Under the pieces are notes generated by a model that saw only the letters and a list, made by a program, of their open reading frames with translations, did not search any database and was not told where the DNA came from. A DNA stretch of 64,000 nt from Camelus ferus. Its lineage: Eukaryota. This document shows, piece after piece, positions 20,701-35,700 of this stretch (the stretch's first letter is position 1; every line of letters begins with the position of its first letter). The stretch is taken from positions 7,192,001 to 7,256,000 of the forward strand of contig NC_045723.1 of NCBI RefSeq assembly GCF_009834535.1. Direction: 5' to 3'. A program made the position numbers and the translations under genes.

Positions 20701-23700
20701 GGACCGCAAAGCTGGGGAACCCTATCTCAGGACCTGGATCGAGGTGGGCTTGAAGAGTCACTGGAGCCCAGGTTTGTGGAAATTCACATCATTTGCCATA
20801 AAAATGAGTCAGACTGGACAGACTGACTCTGTGGGAAAAGCACACTTTAAAGGCATGCCTAGCAGTCTAAAGTGTGGGAATTTAAACAGGTTACCAAACC
20901 CAAGGCTCTTCTATGACATGAAAATGAGAGGCACCACCTCCTCTACGCTGGTAGCGGGCGTAACCGCCTCACCCCCTGGCCTGTCCGGGGACCAGCGGCA
21001 TGTTAGGGGACCGGCTGGTCTCTGGCCTCAGGCTGTCGAAGGCCGATCACACGAGTATGTGGGTTGTCACTGTACAGAATCACTGTAACAATTTCCATAC
21101 GGCAAACCAGGCAGACCGTGCAGATTAATCCTCTTTCGATTTTCTGGGACCTTGCTTCTTTATTTAATTGTTTTTCTTTTGGTCAAGTAAGCAGAATGGT
21201 TACAAGGAAGAGAAATCCACCCTAGGTAGCTTAAGCAGAAAAGGGAAATTTATTCAAGGTTTTCAGACCAGGAAATGCAGCTGAAACCAGGCACTGGAGC
21301 AGCAGCAAGACCCACGAAAGCAACCTGCCCTCTTTTCTGCTTTGACATCGGCTTTGTTCTTTTCCCACTTGGCGTCCACTTCTTTTTGGAACCCACCTTG
21401 GCTACCCTACAGCTTCCAAATTTCTCTACTCCGGTTGCCAAGAAAAACCACTGACTAGGTTCCTTCAATTGGGATTTAAAAACATCAAATTTATTTTTAA
21501 TACCTGAACATTCATTTTTAAAACATAAGAGACGCATTCTTGCTGTACCTGGGATAAGATCTGCCTTTGAGTTTACTTGTTGAATTCTGTGAGTTGAAGT
21601 ATAAATGTATACCAGTTACTACAAAGTACAGAGCTATGACATACGCTTCCTGTGAAGACCACGATGACAATTACTAAGAACTTCCAAATAACCAAATAGG
21701 GAAATTGACAGTTAATATAAATATTAAGAGAATGCTAACTACATTATTTTCAGGAAAAATATAACCACCTGTAGCCTATAAATATTTATAAAAACTTAAA
21801 TACAAGGTAGAATAAGAGAGATTATATTCTATTTCTAATCTCTGTACAACTGTCTGAGGTGCTACCATTCATAACACGCAACACAGAAATGTCCTCTCTG
21901 GAAGGATTTACCATAAATGCTAATAGCAGTCACATCCAGCGGTCACTTCTAGATATGTATCTCCTTTTGAATTCTAAACTATGATTATATCACCTGTCCA
22001 AAAATACAAAAAGTGTTCAATGTAAACCATGTAGCAATAAACAGGCAACTTTGTTCTGACTATATTATGTAGCTTTCCGTGTGTCAGTGGTAGCTATTTA
22101 TTTCTACAGACTGACAGAGTCCCATATAGATTGCAATACAGAGTCATTATTACAACATAATTTAGATGTGAGTCCTCAGAAATCCTCATGAGCTCTAGAC
22201 AGCCAAAATGCCTGCCAGCTGCTAAGAACTAACTTCTCATATTTAATAACAGCTTTAATGACAGTTGTTCAGACTTCTCTGAACGAGTCCTAGAGAAATC
22301 TTTAGAAGTATTCATGCTCGGGTCTTTATGACAGAAGTAAAACTGTTTAAGTGGCCAAAGGGAATAAGGACATGTTAAATAATTTTGTTTTAGAAAACAG
22401 TCAAGGGCGCAGTCAGTCGTCCCCCAATCAGAAGAGTCCGACCTGGAGAACACCTAATTAGCTGGAAGTGAAACTTCAAAACTATGCTCCAGAAACCCTG
22501 TCTCCAAACGAGCAGAGGGCCCCTCGTTACTGCCAGTCTGATCGAACTCTGGTAAAAAAGAAGATGTGTTACGAATAAAACACGGGAGAAGAATCAGGTA
22601 TGAAAAGGGTCCCTGTCAAGAAGTGGGGACTTTGGCTGACCTGGAGTCCTATACCCTAGAAGTAATTACACTGCATGAAGCAACTAAGCGCAGGTTCCCA
22701 GAGTCGGTCACACGGCCTGATGTTCTCCAAAAGGCTGACTAGCCAAGAAGTAATCTTCTCAGCTTCTCCAAGCTTTCTGAAGGACAAACTACTGAAGTCA
22801 CAGTTACCAAACGGATAATCCAAATGCAACTGGTGGCAAAGTAAGCACACTCCAGGCCCAACATAAAGGCATGGAGTAAGGAGACTTAGTGAGCGTGCCC
22901 CTTCCTGCCAGGAACAGACTGGTGACTCTGGCAATTCACAAGAGTCCAGTTCTGAGGGGAGGGTACAGCTCAAGTGGCAGAGCTCATGCTTAGCATGCAC
23001 GAGGTCCTGGGTTCAATCCTCAGTCTCTCCTCTTAAAAAAAAAAAAATCAATAAGTAAACCTAATTACCCATGCCTCAAACAAATTAAAAAAAAGAAAAA
23101 AGAGTCCAGTTCTGAAATGAAACCCTGGTACACAGATCTTCCAACCTCACTCTACGTGTCACACAAACAAGATGCTAGAGAAGAACAGGAAGTGAGAAAA
23201 GAGAAAAGAAATTCTCCTGTAACCCTAACTACAAGGTTCTCTCTCTCCTCAGCCCACACCGTCCCCAGAGTCTTGGTGATGGTGGAACCAGAAATGGTAA
23301 AATGTCACACCCGGAAGGACCGCTGGGGCTCATCTACTCCAAGCCTCTCATTTAATCTACGTGAGAACATGCAGATGACCTGCCCAAGGTCGCACGGCCA
23401 GGACGGCGCAGAACTCAGACCTCTTTTATTTTAGATGCTACCTCTTAAACACTACACAGAAGTAAGAACTAGTACCATTTTCAGAGGAGAACACTGGCAG
23501 TCCTCGCTTAGGCTGGGCAACTGGAAAACGGAGGGGCTGGAAGGAGAAAGATAAGGAGATGCGCACGTGCCCTTACAGCCCCCACGGTACTTTCTAAGGT
23601 TAAAAACATCACTTGCATGTGGAGTCTTAAAAAAACGATACAAATGAACTTGTTTACAAAACAGAAATAGACTCACAGACATAGAAAACAATTGTTACCA

Positions 23701-26700
23701 AAGGGGGAAGTGGTGGGGGTGAGGGGAGCTAAATTAGGAGTTTGGGATGAACAGATACACACTACTGTATACAAAACAGACAAACAGCAAGGGCTGGCTG
23801 TGCAGCACAGGGAACTGTATTCAGTACCTTGTAGTGACCTATACTGGGAAAAAATATAAAAAAGAATCACTTTGCTACACACCTGCCCTGCCACCAGGCT
23901 TCTCCATGTTCTTCAGAGTGCGAAAAACCATGTCTCTTGAGAACTGAAAACCAACTATCTACCCCCAAAAGGGTCCTGCAAGAACGTTCTGCAACTCCTC
24001 CAAATTTCCCATTAAAATACTCATAAATGTTCGTAAAAAGACAATCACATAAATTAAAAATAAGGCTATTAAAAAAGGCTAGACATCAAAATCTGTAACT
24101 TCCTCATCACTAGGGAGAAAGTCACCATGTTCCAGACTTTATCCTCTAGGGACGAAGTAAGATAGCAGGACCCCAAGGCAGCAAGACAAATCTAGAGTCG
24201 TCCCCACTGTCCACATCCAGCTCACTGCAGCGTGTAAGACGAGATGACCAGCAAAGAGATGGACAGGCTACCTGCTCAGGATTTCCTTCAAAGCCAGGAG
24301 AACCCCACCTGTCCTGTCCTACTTCTTCCGACTGTTCTTCCCTATCCTGAAAGACTGCAGTTCTCAGCAAGCCACAGGACAGAAGATGAAAGGGGAACTG
24401 CCTTCGGGTAAACACCCATCTCTGAAGACCCTAAAACATGTGCAACCTTTCAATAAAAACTCTGAACTTACATAGTGGAGGTAGGTTCCTTGCAATCTCC
24501 AACTGAGACAATCCAAAATGAAGAGTGGCACAAACATATGAAAAGAAACCCAAGCTCAACCCCCTACGAGGAAGCGAAGGAGGACGACACTCACGTAATA
24601 GGGAAGTTGACTATAGTCGGATTCTTCTCCACAAAGAAATTGTTCTTCGTGAATCTCTTAATACAAAAGATGAGATATGGAGGCAGCTTGGTGAGCTGGA
24701 AGCGCTTCAGGAAGTTCTCCTTGTAGGTCTTATATTCCTAGAGAGAGAGAAGACAATTATCAAATCAGCGCTGGAGCATTAGAGCAGAGATGTGAGTTTT
24801 ACTGTTTTGGTTTGGGTTTTTTTGATGTAACTTTGCCTTACGCTTAGAATTCAGGACACCTGACCCCAGAAACCACACACAAGGCTTAGAACAGCAGTCT
24901 GGCTGAAGCTGACTGAAGCACCTCAGCTGCGGGCTGCGTTTCAGCCAGCACGTGATCATGCTATTAAACTCCAGCCACACTAACGTGGGCATTCGTTTCT
25001 ACATGGACAACAAAAATGTCAAGTGAAGATTTGTTAATAGCCAAGAATTAAAAACCATGCAAGTCTCACTTAATTCAAGATCAGGAAGACCTTCCTGACT
25101 ATCAGATATGCGCACCGTGGAACGGGCACTTCTGAAGCAGTGAGGGGCCCCTCATCATTGGGGTACTCCAGCAGAGGTGTCAACACCCACGTTCCTTCCT
25201 CCTCAAAGGTCCCAAGACTCGTGGGTCAAGTGCAGTCAGTCAGGCAACGCTCACTGTGGACTCACTCAGCATGTCTGAGGAGATGGCATGGTGGGGGACT
25301 GAGGACATCCTCCTCAGACCAAGAGGAGTAAAAGCTAGTGTACATAAATGTATTTTTCCTTACCACAAACACAATTTAGTACAGTAAAAATTTAGTAACT
25401 GGAGTGAAAGACTAATCATAGTCTGAGAAGAAACACCAATGAGACCATCACTCTCTAGAGTAGGGTGAGTTCTGGAGGCAACGACAGACCCCATCAGGGA
25501 TCCCCAGGATTCTCATGAAAATATTTTAATTTAAAATCTGGATACAAAAAGAAAAACACCTAGGATACAGGAACTCCAAAACCACCTGGATGACGACCTC
25601 GTAAAATGCCAAGTAAGAGCTTCGCTTCCAGGGCCACAACACAGGGAGCTGCAAGGGCCGCTCCCCTACGAAACTGGTGAAAATTATTTTAAGAACCACC
25701 GTCACCACCGCCATTTAAACTCTCCACAAATGGTCGTCAGGGCAGAGAGCAAATGAAGACACATTTACTGAGGAAAACGTTTTTCTCTAATGTTCTCTTC
25801 TAAAATGAAATGTTCCCTTCTAAAATAAAATCTAATTCGGTAAGAAGAGTGAGAGTCTGCGGTATCTGAACCAAGACCTCTCCCTTCGTTAGAAGCTCCT
25901 CTCCAGACTGGTAGAGCCAGAGCACAGGGCTCCCTCTCCCCCCAGCTCCCAGAGGACCGTCTTCCCAGGAGAGGCAGGATGTCAGCCTTTCTCCTTCTGG
26001 CCCAAACTACCTGTTCCTGAAGCAAAGTTCCAGTGTGTACCCAAAACATACGAAGCAAAAACTGACAAAAACAAGAAGATAAGGACAATTCAATAACAAT
26101 AGCTGGAGACTTTAACACCCCACTTTCAACAGTGGATAGAACAACTAGGCAGCAGATCAACATAGAAGATTTGAGCATTGTAAGTAGACCTAACCAACAC
26201 ATACAGAACATTCTACCACCAACCACATAATGTACATTCTTCTCAGGTGCACATGGTATGTTCTCCAGGACAGACCACACGCTAGCCCATAAAACAAACT
26301 TCAACAAATACAAAGGCATAGANNNNNNNNNNNNNNNNNNNNNNNNNNNNNNNNNNNNNNNNNNNNNNNNNNNNNNNNNNNNNNNNNNNNNNNNNNNNNN
26401 NNNNNNNNNNNNNNNNNNNNNNNNNNNNNNNNNNNNNNNNNNNNNNNNNNATCAAAAGGGAAGTTAGGAAAGACTTTGAGATGAATAGAAATGAAGACGA
26501 CATATAAAAACTCATGGGATGCAGCGAAAGCAGTGTTTAAGAGGGGAATTTATAGCCATAGATGCCTGTTGAAAAATAAGATCTCAAATCAATAACCTTC
26601 CACCATAAGACACCAGAAAAAAAGAAAAGCAAACTAAATCTAAAGCAAGCAAAAAAAAGGAAACAAAAAATATTAGAGCAGAGATTAATGAAATACAGCA

Positions 26701-29700
26701 CAGGAAAACAGTATTTCAGAAAAATCAATGAAAGCTATTTCTGTGAAAAGACAAGCTTTTAGCTAGTTGACCAAGAAAAAAAGAGAAAAATGCTCAAATT
26801 ACCAGACTCGAAATTGAAAAAGGGGACATTACTATGGACTTCACAGCAATAAAAATGATTACGAAGGACGATGATAAACAACTGTATGTTAATCTATTAG
26901 ATAAGTCAGGTGAAATGGACAGATTCCTAAACAGACGCAAATCACCAAAACATAAGAAGAAACACTCTGAACAGACCTACAACAAGTAAAGAGACTGAAT
27001 CGGCTACCAAAAAACTATGCACAAACAGCCCAGGTCCATATGGCATCACTGCTACTTTCTACCAAGCATTTAAAGAAGAATTAACACCAATTCTTCAAAC
27101 ACTTTTCCAAAATACTGAAGAGAAGGGAATACTTGCCAATTCATTTTATGAGGCCAACATTATCACGATACCAAAACCAGACAAAGACGTCACAAAGAAA
27201 GGCAACTACAGGCCAATATTTCCATGAATGTGGATGCAAAAATCCTCAACAAAATAATAGCAACCCGATTCCAACGTAAACGACAACAAAAATTACACAC
27301 CATGACCAAGTATGATTTACCCGGGAATACAAAGGTGGCTTGGCATCCAAAACCCAGTTAGTGTCATGTTCCACATCATAATAATAAAAATAATAAAGCA
27401 ATAAATAACAAAAACCAAAAACCAAGCAACCATCTCATTAGACACAAAAAAAGCACGGTATGTGAACTAAAGCTCAATAAAGCTGCTATTATTTTAAAAA
27501 CGAAGCTCCCCTGCCACATGATGAGTAATCTGAGAGCACTGGAGAAGTAAAGGTTTTCCAGCTCTAGACATGTACCTTCATTCAAGTAAATTTCTGATCA
27601 TCTAAGGGTATAAGCACTACTGGAAAAAAATGTCTTTTTGTTGATATCAAGTAACTCATCTCTGCAAGGGTGATATAAAATACCATGTTAAAAGCAAAAA
27701 AAAAAAAAATTTTTTTTTTTTGGTTTTTGGGGGGGTGGTAATTAGACTTACTTTTTTTTTAACAGAGGTACTGAGGATTGAACCTAGGACCTCCTGCATG
27801 CTAAGCATGCACCCTACCACTTGAGCTATACCCTCCCCACCAAAATTTTTTTTAAATCAAGTAAATGCCAAGAGATTTCACCGCCCACATTTGTATCTAT
27901 GAACAGGTTGACATCAAGAAGCACTATTTTTAATTATCTCAGACTAGTGAAGGATAGTCAGATTTAATACCTAAATGATGTCACAGCCTTGTCACAGAGA
28001 TGTGACAGAGAAACTTGAAAAAGTTTCTCAGGAGTTTATGTGAAAATGCTGGGGGGAAGAATTTCACCCTGGATATCAGTACCACATTCATATAGCAAGG
28101 TTTTTGCTGTATTCACATTGTAATAGCACTACTAACCAATTTTCAAAGTTTCATTTGTATGTAAGTTTGTTATAATTTAATATTTACTTAAAAGCTGTAG
28201 CTTATACCATCATTTCTGCTTATACTAATTTAGGTAATATTATAGTAACAATAAATTTAAATCAATACTGAGGGTCCACAAGAATCTTAATGTTACCTAA
28301 CCCTGAACAAACAGTAATAATAGGGTCCATGTGCACAACTGAAAAAGTCAGATGAAAAATCTGAGTTTAGATCCCCAGCTCTGTCACTTAAAATCAATAT
28401 AAAATAAAACCAAATAAAATAAACTGATCTAGATGAGCCTTAAGGTTTTTCATCTCCACAAAATGAAATGAGCCTAAGAATCAGCTTAGACATTTTAGGA
28501 ATCACTGTCACTTACCTGTGTGCATGTGTGTGCGTGCGTGTATGTACTGGGGGTGGGGGGAGAAGGGCATTTACTATCTGAAAACAAAAGAACCTCAGTT
28601 GATAAAGCGAGCAGAAAGGGTCTAAATGAGGCATCAAGCTAAAAAAAAATCCTCCTGCCATTAAAAAAAAAAAAAATCTCCCAGTAAAGAACCAAAAAGG
28701 ATTAAATTTGTCTAGGATGAAAAAAGGAATTAAACCATGAAACAGTTAACTCAGCAGATATAAAAAGAGACTTTTAACTTGATGAAGAGCAATAGTATAG
28801 AAATAATAAAAATTTTAGTTCGATTTTAGTTGCTTTTTTCCACTTTAATGTTGATGTTCTATTTTTTAAAAGGTGAGTGTTTCCTACTTTTGTGAGTTTC
28901 TACTATCCTCAACACCCATTCCTTTCTCCACACCACTCAGATGCACTGTAATTCAAGTTAAGAGGTGGGGGTGATCAGCTAAAAACAGCAGAGTCTGGTA
29001 GGCTCAATAAACATAGTACACTTTAAAATTAAATGTATTACATACAGGTGGCGATTTCCAAGCATAAAAAGAAAAATGTCAAGAGGAAGAAAGGGGTTAT
29101 CAACAAGGTAGGTGTGCAAGTGGGCTACCTTCTCGGTGATGCCGTTGAACTTGGCCAGGATGTTGAAGAGAGGCACCTGGGGGATGATGAGCTGCTCCTT
29201 CTCGTCCTTGTAGAGCGGGGCGGTGGGGAGGTCCAGCGTCAGGTACATGAAGGTGGACTCCACCATCGTCTCCTGGTACTCGTCGTTGTGCAGCAGCTGC
29301 TCTTTTTCCTCTGCTGGCTGGAAACAATGAGCGAGAAGGAAGAGAAGGGGAAGGAGTGACACCGGAGTGGAGGACACCGCAGACGGGAAGAAACCATGTG
29401 TCCGTTACACTTATACTTACTTCATTTTATGAAGGAAGAGGGGTGCCCAAGAGCCCAGCAGTTTCACACCCAGTTGCACAACCTTAGATTAATGCAAAAA
29501 CTGGGCTTCCGTCTTTAAATACCAAATTATTTTAAAAGCTTTTAGGTATCTAGAAAGCTCTTATCTGAGCTTTCTGAAAAAACACACCAGCACCACTCAG
29601 TGGCCAGACCGCTGAAATCAGTCAGCCCTTGGTACCCGGATGAGATTGGTTCCAAGACCTGCCTTGGATACCCAAGTCCGAGGATGCTCAAGTCCCAGAG

Positions 29701-32700
29701 GTGGCCTTCCATATCCACAGATTCTGTATCCATAGATTCAACAAACTGCTATACGTAAACATAGCGGTTTTATGTACTGATAAAAATCTGCATGTAAGTG
29801 AACCAGTCAGAGTTAAACCCATGCTGTTCGAAGGTCACCTGTGTATCCAACTATCACCTCCAAAACCTAAGCGCGCCGGTGCCACAGGAACCCATGGGAA
29901 CTGCCACTTGGCAGGTGTTTTTAGGACCTCTTCCTGGAGCAAAAGGCTGAGCCAGTCATCTAAGCATCTCTTTGCCAACCCTAAATCCCCTCAAGCAATA
30001 TAAATCAGTCCAAGACTCAGGTTCCAGCCACTCACCAAATCAGGATGAGGAAGCTTTTTAGTGAAGATCCTCATGGACCCCTGGAAAACATCGGTCACAA
30101 TAGCTGTACAAACAGAAACCAAAATGCAAATTCTATCAGGTTGGAAAGCATTTCCAAAATACAGTCTTAACTTCTACATTTCTGAAATAAACCTCATTTT
30201 CCAGCATAAGACCCAAAGCTTTCCCTAAATACAGAATCACCTTTGTAATACATACCACTGTGGTACCTTTATAACTACCTGTGTAAATAATTATTTTATG
30301 TCTATCTTCTCCGTAAGATACCTTCTGGCCTTTCAGCACAGGGTCAAAGAGCACAGTCCATAAGAGAAAAATTAAGTGCCTTTGAAATAAATGGTTTACA
30401 GAATCTGGAGACTGATGAATCCCCAGAAGTCATAGGTAAAATAAGAGACACCCAAGAAAGCATAACCCATAACTATGTGCCACCTGCAAAGAGAGAGTGT
30501 CCACCCTGCACTAGACATAAAGGAAAATGACAGACTGAGGGATACAGCAAAGCAGAACCAAAGCACGAGAACAAAAGCACAACAGGGTTCTTGAATTCTG
30601 ACAGGACCCAAGCTAGAGAGCACAGACACTGTGCACAGGCCGAAGTCACATGAGGGCTCCAAAATTATTCACCTGGCTCAAGAGTCGCTAAGCTAACAGT
30701 TACTTTTGGCATTCATGAAAAATGCCTAACTACTGTTAAGCCAACGTGGACACAAAGGAACATAGGGACTCAAGGTCTGCGAATCTACAGGGAGGCCAGC
30801 CGCATCTCCCCAAGTACAGGCTCAGGGCGAAGAACTAGCTTTTAGTTTGTTTTACCCAATTACAAGCCAGGCAAACCACCCACCAAGTCCTCCCTCTGGC
30901 ACCACCGACATGTCTACAACATGCTTCCCAGCCTCTCAGTTTGAAACTGTGTCAGGGTTTCTAGAGCACAACTGTATCCATTTCCACTCATTAAAAATGC
31001 CATTGGATATACCCATATTCTAACAAAGGAAACTGGAGAGGGAGCCATTCAGGAGCCAAGCTCTCCCATGTGTACAGAGATGCTGGCCTGACACAAAAAG
31101 GTAAACAAGTAAGGAGAAAAGGATGGGAAGCTGCGAAGTGTTTTTAAAAGGAAGCAAACAAAAAACTCCCTTTTACAAAATAACATGACTTACTCTTTTT
31201 TTTCTTCTTTGTGCCCCCCAGAGCTGAGTGCAGAGCATTCAAAAACCAGGAAAGAAAGTCAACTCCATCCCCTGGAAAAGAAGGAAAGGTGGGACGTCAA
31301 ACCTGGGAGACAGTATGATAATTCAAACTGCTGATTGGCATGACTCCACACTCCCGGTCTCCTCCTTCCTCTCCAGCCATGCCATCCTGCCCCCTGGCAT
31401 CCTCCTCTACCTGGCCACTGCATCCTGCAACTCCTCAAGGTCAAGCTCTTAGTCTTCTGATCTTTACTGCCCCCAGGCTCTCTGGTCCAACCAGGACCTT
31501 TGAATATCATTCTCTATTCCAAACCCGAGTCTCATCACCCACCAAAAATCATTACTGGACTTCCCTATAAAAGCACTCCTCAGCCAGAATGTGTTTAAAA
31601 CAAAAATGTGATGGCACGTCTTTGCCAAAAAAGCCTTTCCTGACTCCCCATTGTTGTCAGGGTATAATCCAAGCTCCTTACAGGGGCATATAAACCCGAC
31701 AACCTGGTCCCTCCCTTCCATCCTCCACCTTAGTGCTCATCGTTGAATTCAATGGTCCAGCCACATGCAGTCTTCTGTCTGTGCCAGGGACCTCCATGCT
31801 TCTATCCAGTGTCCTCTCCACCTGGAATGCCCACCCTCAACCTGTCTCCTCACTACCTAAAACTCAGGTGTCTCTTCCTTCACTGATGTCTCCCCCAGCC
31901 TACCTCCCACCTGTCTGAGGGGGGTCTTTGCTCTGTGCTCCCTCCCACAGCATACTGGGCCTCCTCAATCACCACACTTAAGACCCTGTGATCATCTTTC
32001 TACATAACTGTCTTGCCCACTAGAATGGGAGCTCCTGGAAGAGAAAATTTGTGTTTCGTATTCCTGCAGCTCTAAAACCTACTAGCACCATGAGTAAATG
32101 GTGAATCACCTGAACCCGGGATGCTAGAGAATACTTTATCACATCCAGGTACTAAGAGCTACTCATGTGGCAAGAACTCACTGGGTTTGGAGGGATGAAA
32201 ACAGTCAAAACAGAATATTCTAGTCTGCAACATGACAAAATGAGAAGCAAGAGTGGTAGATGCCTTTCCAACTCTAGTAAAGGCTGGTGCCTTTCCCAGC
32301 CTTCTGGTTTTTTTCCTGAGCCAAATAAGTTTACCAAGTCAGACAGACGTTCTATGTAGGTGAAATCTCTTGGGACTCTGAGCAGGCCATGCTGATGAAA
32401 GAAGAGAGAGGAACCTAACCACGCCACCCACTGGATGCTCGCTGGAGCTCCTGTCTCACTGCCAAGTGGAAGTAAATGTGCTCATCAAAGTAGTCTTGTT
32501 GCCCTCAGGTCAGAAAGCATGAATTATTCATTTCTCACCTTGCTTGGTGATCTGAAAAGTCTTCTTGCTGCAAAGGACAACAGCCTGAAGCATCTCATGG
32601 GGAGAGACATGGGCCTTGAAATTTCGAGGGTTCCAGAGCTTTCTCATTAGCTCTCCAAAGCGCTGGACCAACAGGAACATGATGTCCCCAGGGGGACGCT

Positions 32701-35700
32701 TGATGTTCTTGTAATTGTCTTCTTCCAGGAAGTAGTTCCGGAGAGGAGGGACGTTAGACAGAGCCTGCGGGTCAGACACTACGATTAGCCCAAAGCCCCT
32801 CAGCAGGGCCCCTGGGGGCCAAGCTCGTCCACCCAAAGTTCTTCTAAAACCTGTGCCTGTGGTGCCTTAAAGAATCAGAAGTAAATAAATGGGCTGCCAG
32901 AGATGCGCCCGAGAGTTCACATTAGAGGAACATCCTTTACAGTGAGTGTCACAGAAAGTCCAGTTCTGCAGACACTCTGCTGACGTAGAAAGAAATTTTA
33001 AAACAAAGGTATTCAAATCCCTATCTATTGATTTAATAGCTTCCTTTGTTTACTCTAACTAGGCCTGTGACTATGTTTGGACTCATAAGGAACTGAAGGC
33101 TAGAAATCCAAACACTCTTTCCTCATCATGCACTTGGCTGGGACAGGACTATCTGGAGGCCACAGTTCCCCCACCTCTCAACTGCACATTTAAACAATAT
33201 GTGAAAATCATCTTAATAAAATCTGGTGTTTTCCCCAAATGTGGTACTGAGGGTGGTAATAAAAGCATATATAAAACTATATATAAAAATCAACATACTT
33301 TGTTATGATAGAACTTAGTCAAAAGGTTTAAGAGAACAAAAATAAATTTTATCTCATTAAGCAAAAAGATAAAGACCAGCCATGTCAGTTCAGGAAAAAG
33401 CACATGCTCATTATCGTGAGTTATAAAACTGGAAGGAAAACCACAGAACGGACCCTTCTAAGTGCAGTCTCCCCACTGGTCCCTCCTGATGGGGTTGTGA
33501 ACCCTTATCAGTGCTATGCTTACCATGAGCACAATGCTGCCAAGGGAATCCATTTAGAAAGGACAGAAGGATAGTGCTAAATACAGCAAACTCAGGGATC
33601 TCTGGGGACAACACCTCCAAATGCAGAGCACACCCGGATAAGAGGCGATCAGGAAGGCTCCCACAAGCCCAGCTCAGCCAGGGAAACAAGGACTTCCTGC
33701 TTGGAAAGCTCCTCTCAAAAGAAGAAGAGAGTGGATAAAGTTTATCCGATTCTCAGTCACCCATGCTGCGGGGAGGCTGCTCTCTGGCTTCAGCTGTAGA
33801 ACAAGCAGTAGGCGTCCTCGGAGAGCGATTATCCAGCCTCCAGACAGGGTGCTTGGTCTCAATCCCATTTTAGCAAAAATATCATCACAGAGGATTTGTT
33901 CATCTGCTTATACGTATAAGTAAGGAGAGCTCCCTACGGGGACTAAAACCCATCACAAAGCCAAGACTAACTGGCCTGACCATGTTCAAATCCTACCCAT
34001 CCATCCTGTGACACTCTTCGCAGAGCCACAGGAGGCTGCAAGAGGAACAGTCGGCAAGGTCTCTCTCCGTCTAAGAATTTGACCTTTCCAGGGACCAGAC
34101 ACGACACCAATGGCAGACACTAAAGCTCACAGGTTTACTTTTACAATTTTTTACCTAATTCTTTATGCAAAAATACCATAAACAAAGTTTAAAGGCCAAA
34201 CAATTAAAATGAAATATGTACTACATATGCAACAGAAAAAGGCTAATATAAACATATATATTTTTAAAGCTTAATAAAATGGACCACTAATAGAAAAATA
34301 AGCACATAAGGCCCAATAATTCATGAAAAAATATAAGAATCAACTTTAGAAGTAAATTTTTAAAAAAAAAGTTAAAATGGAGATACCTGTCAAAATGGGA
34401 AAAAAATCTTTTAAATAGTAATAGTGACAGCGCAAGATGAAAAAGGAACCCTTTTGTGTTGCTGGTGGGTTTGTAAATTGCTATAAATCCCTTACAGCAT
34501 TAACAAAAGAAGTGAAGGTTAAATCAATTAAACTTTTTAAAAGGGTGATGTAATCATTAAGGATGCTGCATGAGAATACTGATTTCATAATACGCTTATA
34601 AGTTAAAGCATACACAAAGATACATATATACACTATGTTACTTTGTAGACAAAGTCTAGAAAAGAAATACAACAAAATATAACCTGTCACAAAAACTGTA
34701 AGACTATATACAGTGAGGGACACTCACTGCAATACTGTTAACAGAAAAAAAAATGTGAGACAAGTCAAATTTTATCTACCAATGGGGAATAACAAAACAA
34801 ACCATAATATTGCCACACAATGGAATACGCATGTGTGCATCTGCTTTTAGAATAAAGCTCTGGCGGTCTCTACACTGTTAACTACCACACGAGAGTACTA
34901 GGGAAAGAAAATGAAGCTTTCATTTTGTACTTTCTGTATCTTCCTACCCTCACCAGTAAGTACTTGTTTATAGTTTTTTTAAATCAATTTTTTTTTTTTG
35001 GTGAAATGATTTTTCTTTTTCTTTTTCTTTTTCTTTTATTTTCTTATTTATTTTTCTTTTAATTTTATCTTATTGAGTTATAGTCAGTTTACGTTGTTGT
35101 GTCAACGGATTTTCTTACTTACGCTTACCAACATTTTCTAGTTTTTCTACAATGTGCACATATTACTCAGATAATTTTTTTTAAAAAGCAACACTTAATC
35201 ACAAACAGAACAACTCTGGCTTTCTACCTTTCCCATTTTCAGGCTTAAGCACAGGCGGGACCGCTATCAGACAGTCAACACAATGAATATCTGCACCACT
35301 TTGAAAAAAAAAAAAAAGCATCACCTGGCATACGTGCTTCTCACCTGGTCCTGCAGGCCTCACACAGAGTCCAGCCCTTATTCCCTAGAAGCTCCAGAGG
35401 CTGGAACAGGCCCACCACTGGGCAGCAGCCCCTCTGAGCAGACACAGGCACATTGTGGTTGGTGCAGAACAAATACCCAAGTGGAGTCCTCGGCAAGACT
35501 CTGGGTCTGAAGACCACCTGGCTGCACTCTGCCTGAAGGCAGTCATTTCTTGAAGGCCCTTCGTGGCGTTCCCGGGCTACCCGCTCCCTCACCGCTCCCA
35601 TCGCCATCCTACCTGAAGGACGGCGTTGGCGTAGTCGTTGGCCTTTATGTTGTTCAGGCCCACGATGCCTGGCAGGTAAGTGGTGCCATCGTACGCCCGG

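Noticed and set aside
21600-22920. AT-rich intronic block with short ORFs, as a possible retrocopy
   Set aside because: No recognisable protein in the frames I translated and no poly(A)/TSD; probably an old DNA-transposon or unique intron sequence that cannot be assigned without a search.
22956-23030. tRNA-like sequences (also at 27770-27838, 35930-35995, 36503-36560)
   Set aside because: SINE heads with A/B boxes, A-rich tails and TSDs; not functional tRNA genes.
24899-24946. GGCTGAA...TTCAGCC inverted repeat in USP39 intron 9 as a possible snoRNA or miRNA
   Set aside because: Only a 7-bp stem, no convincing C/D or H/ACA boxes and no extended hairpin.
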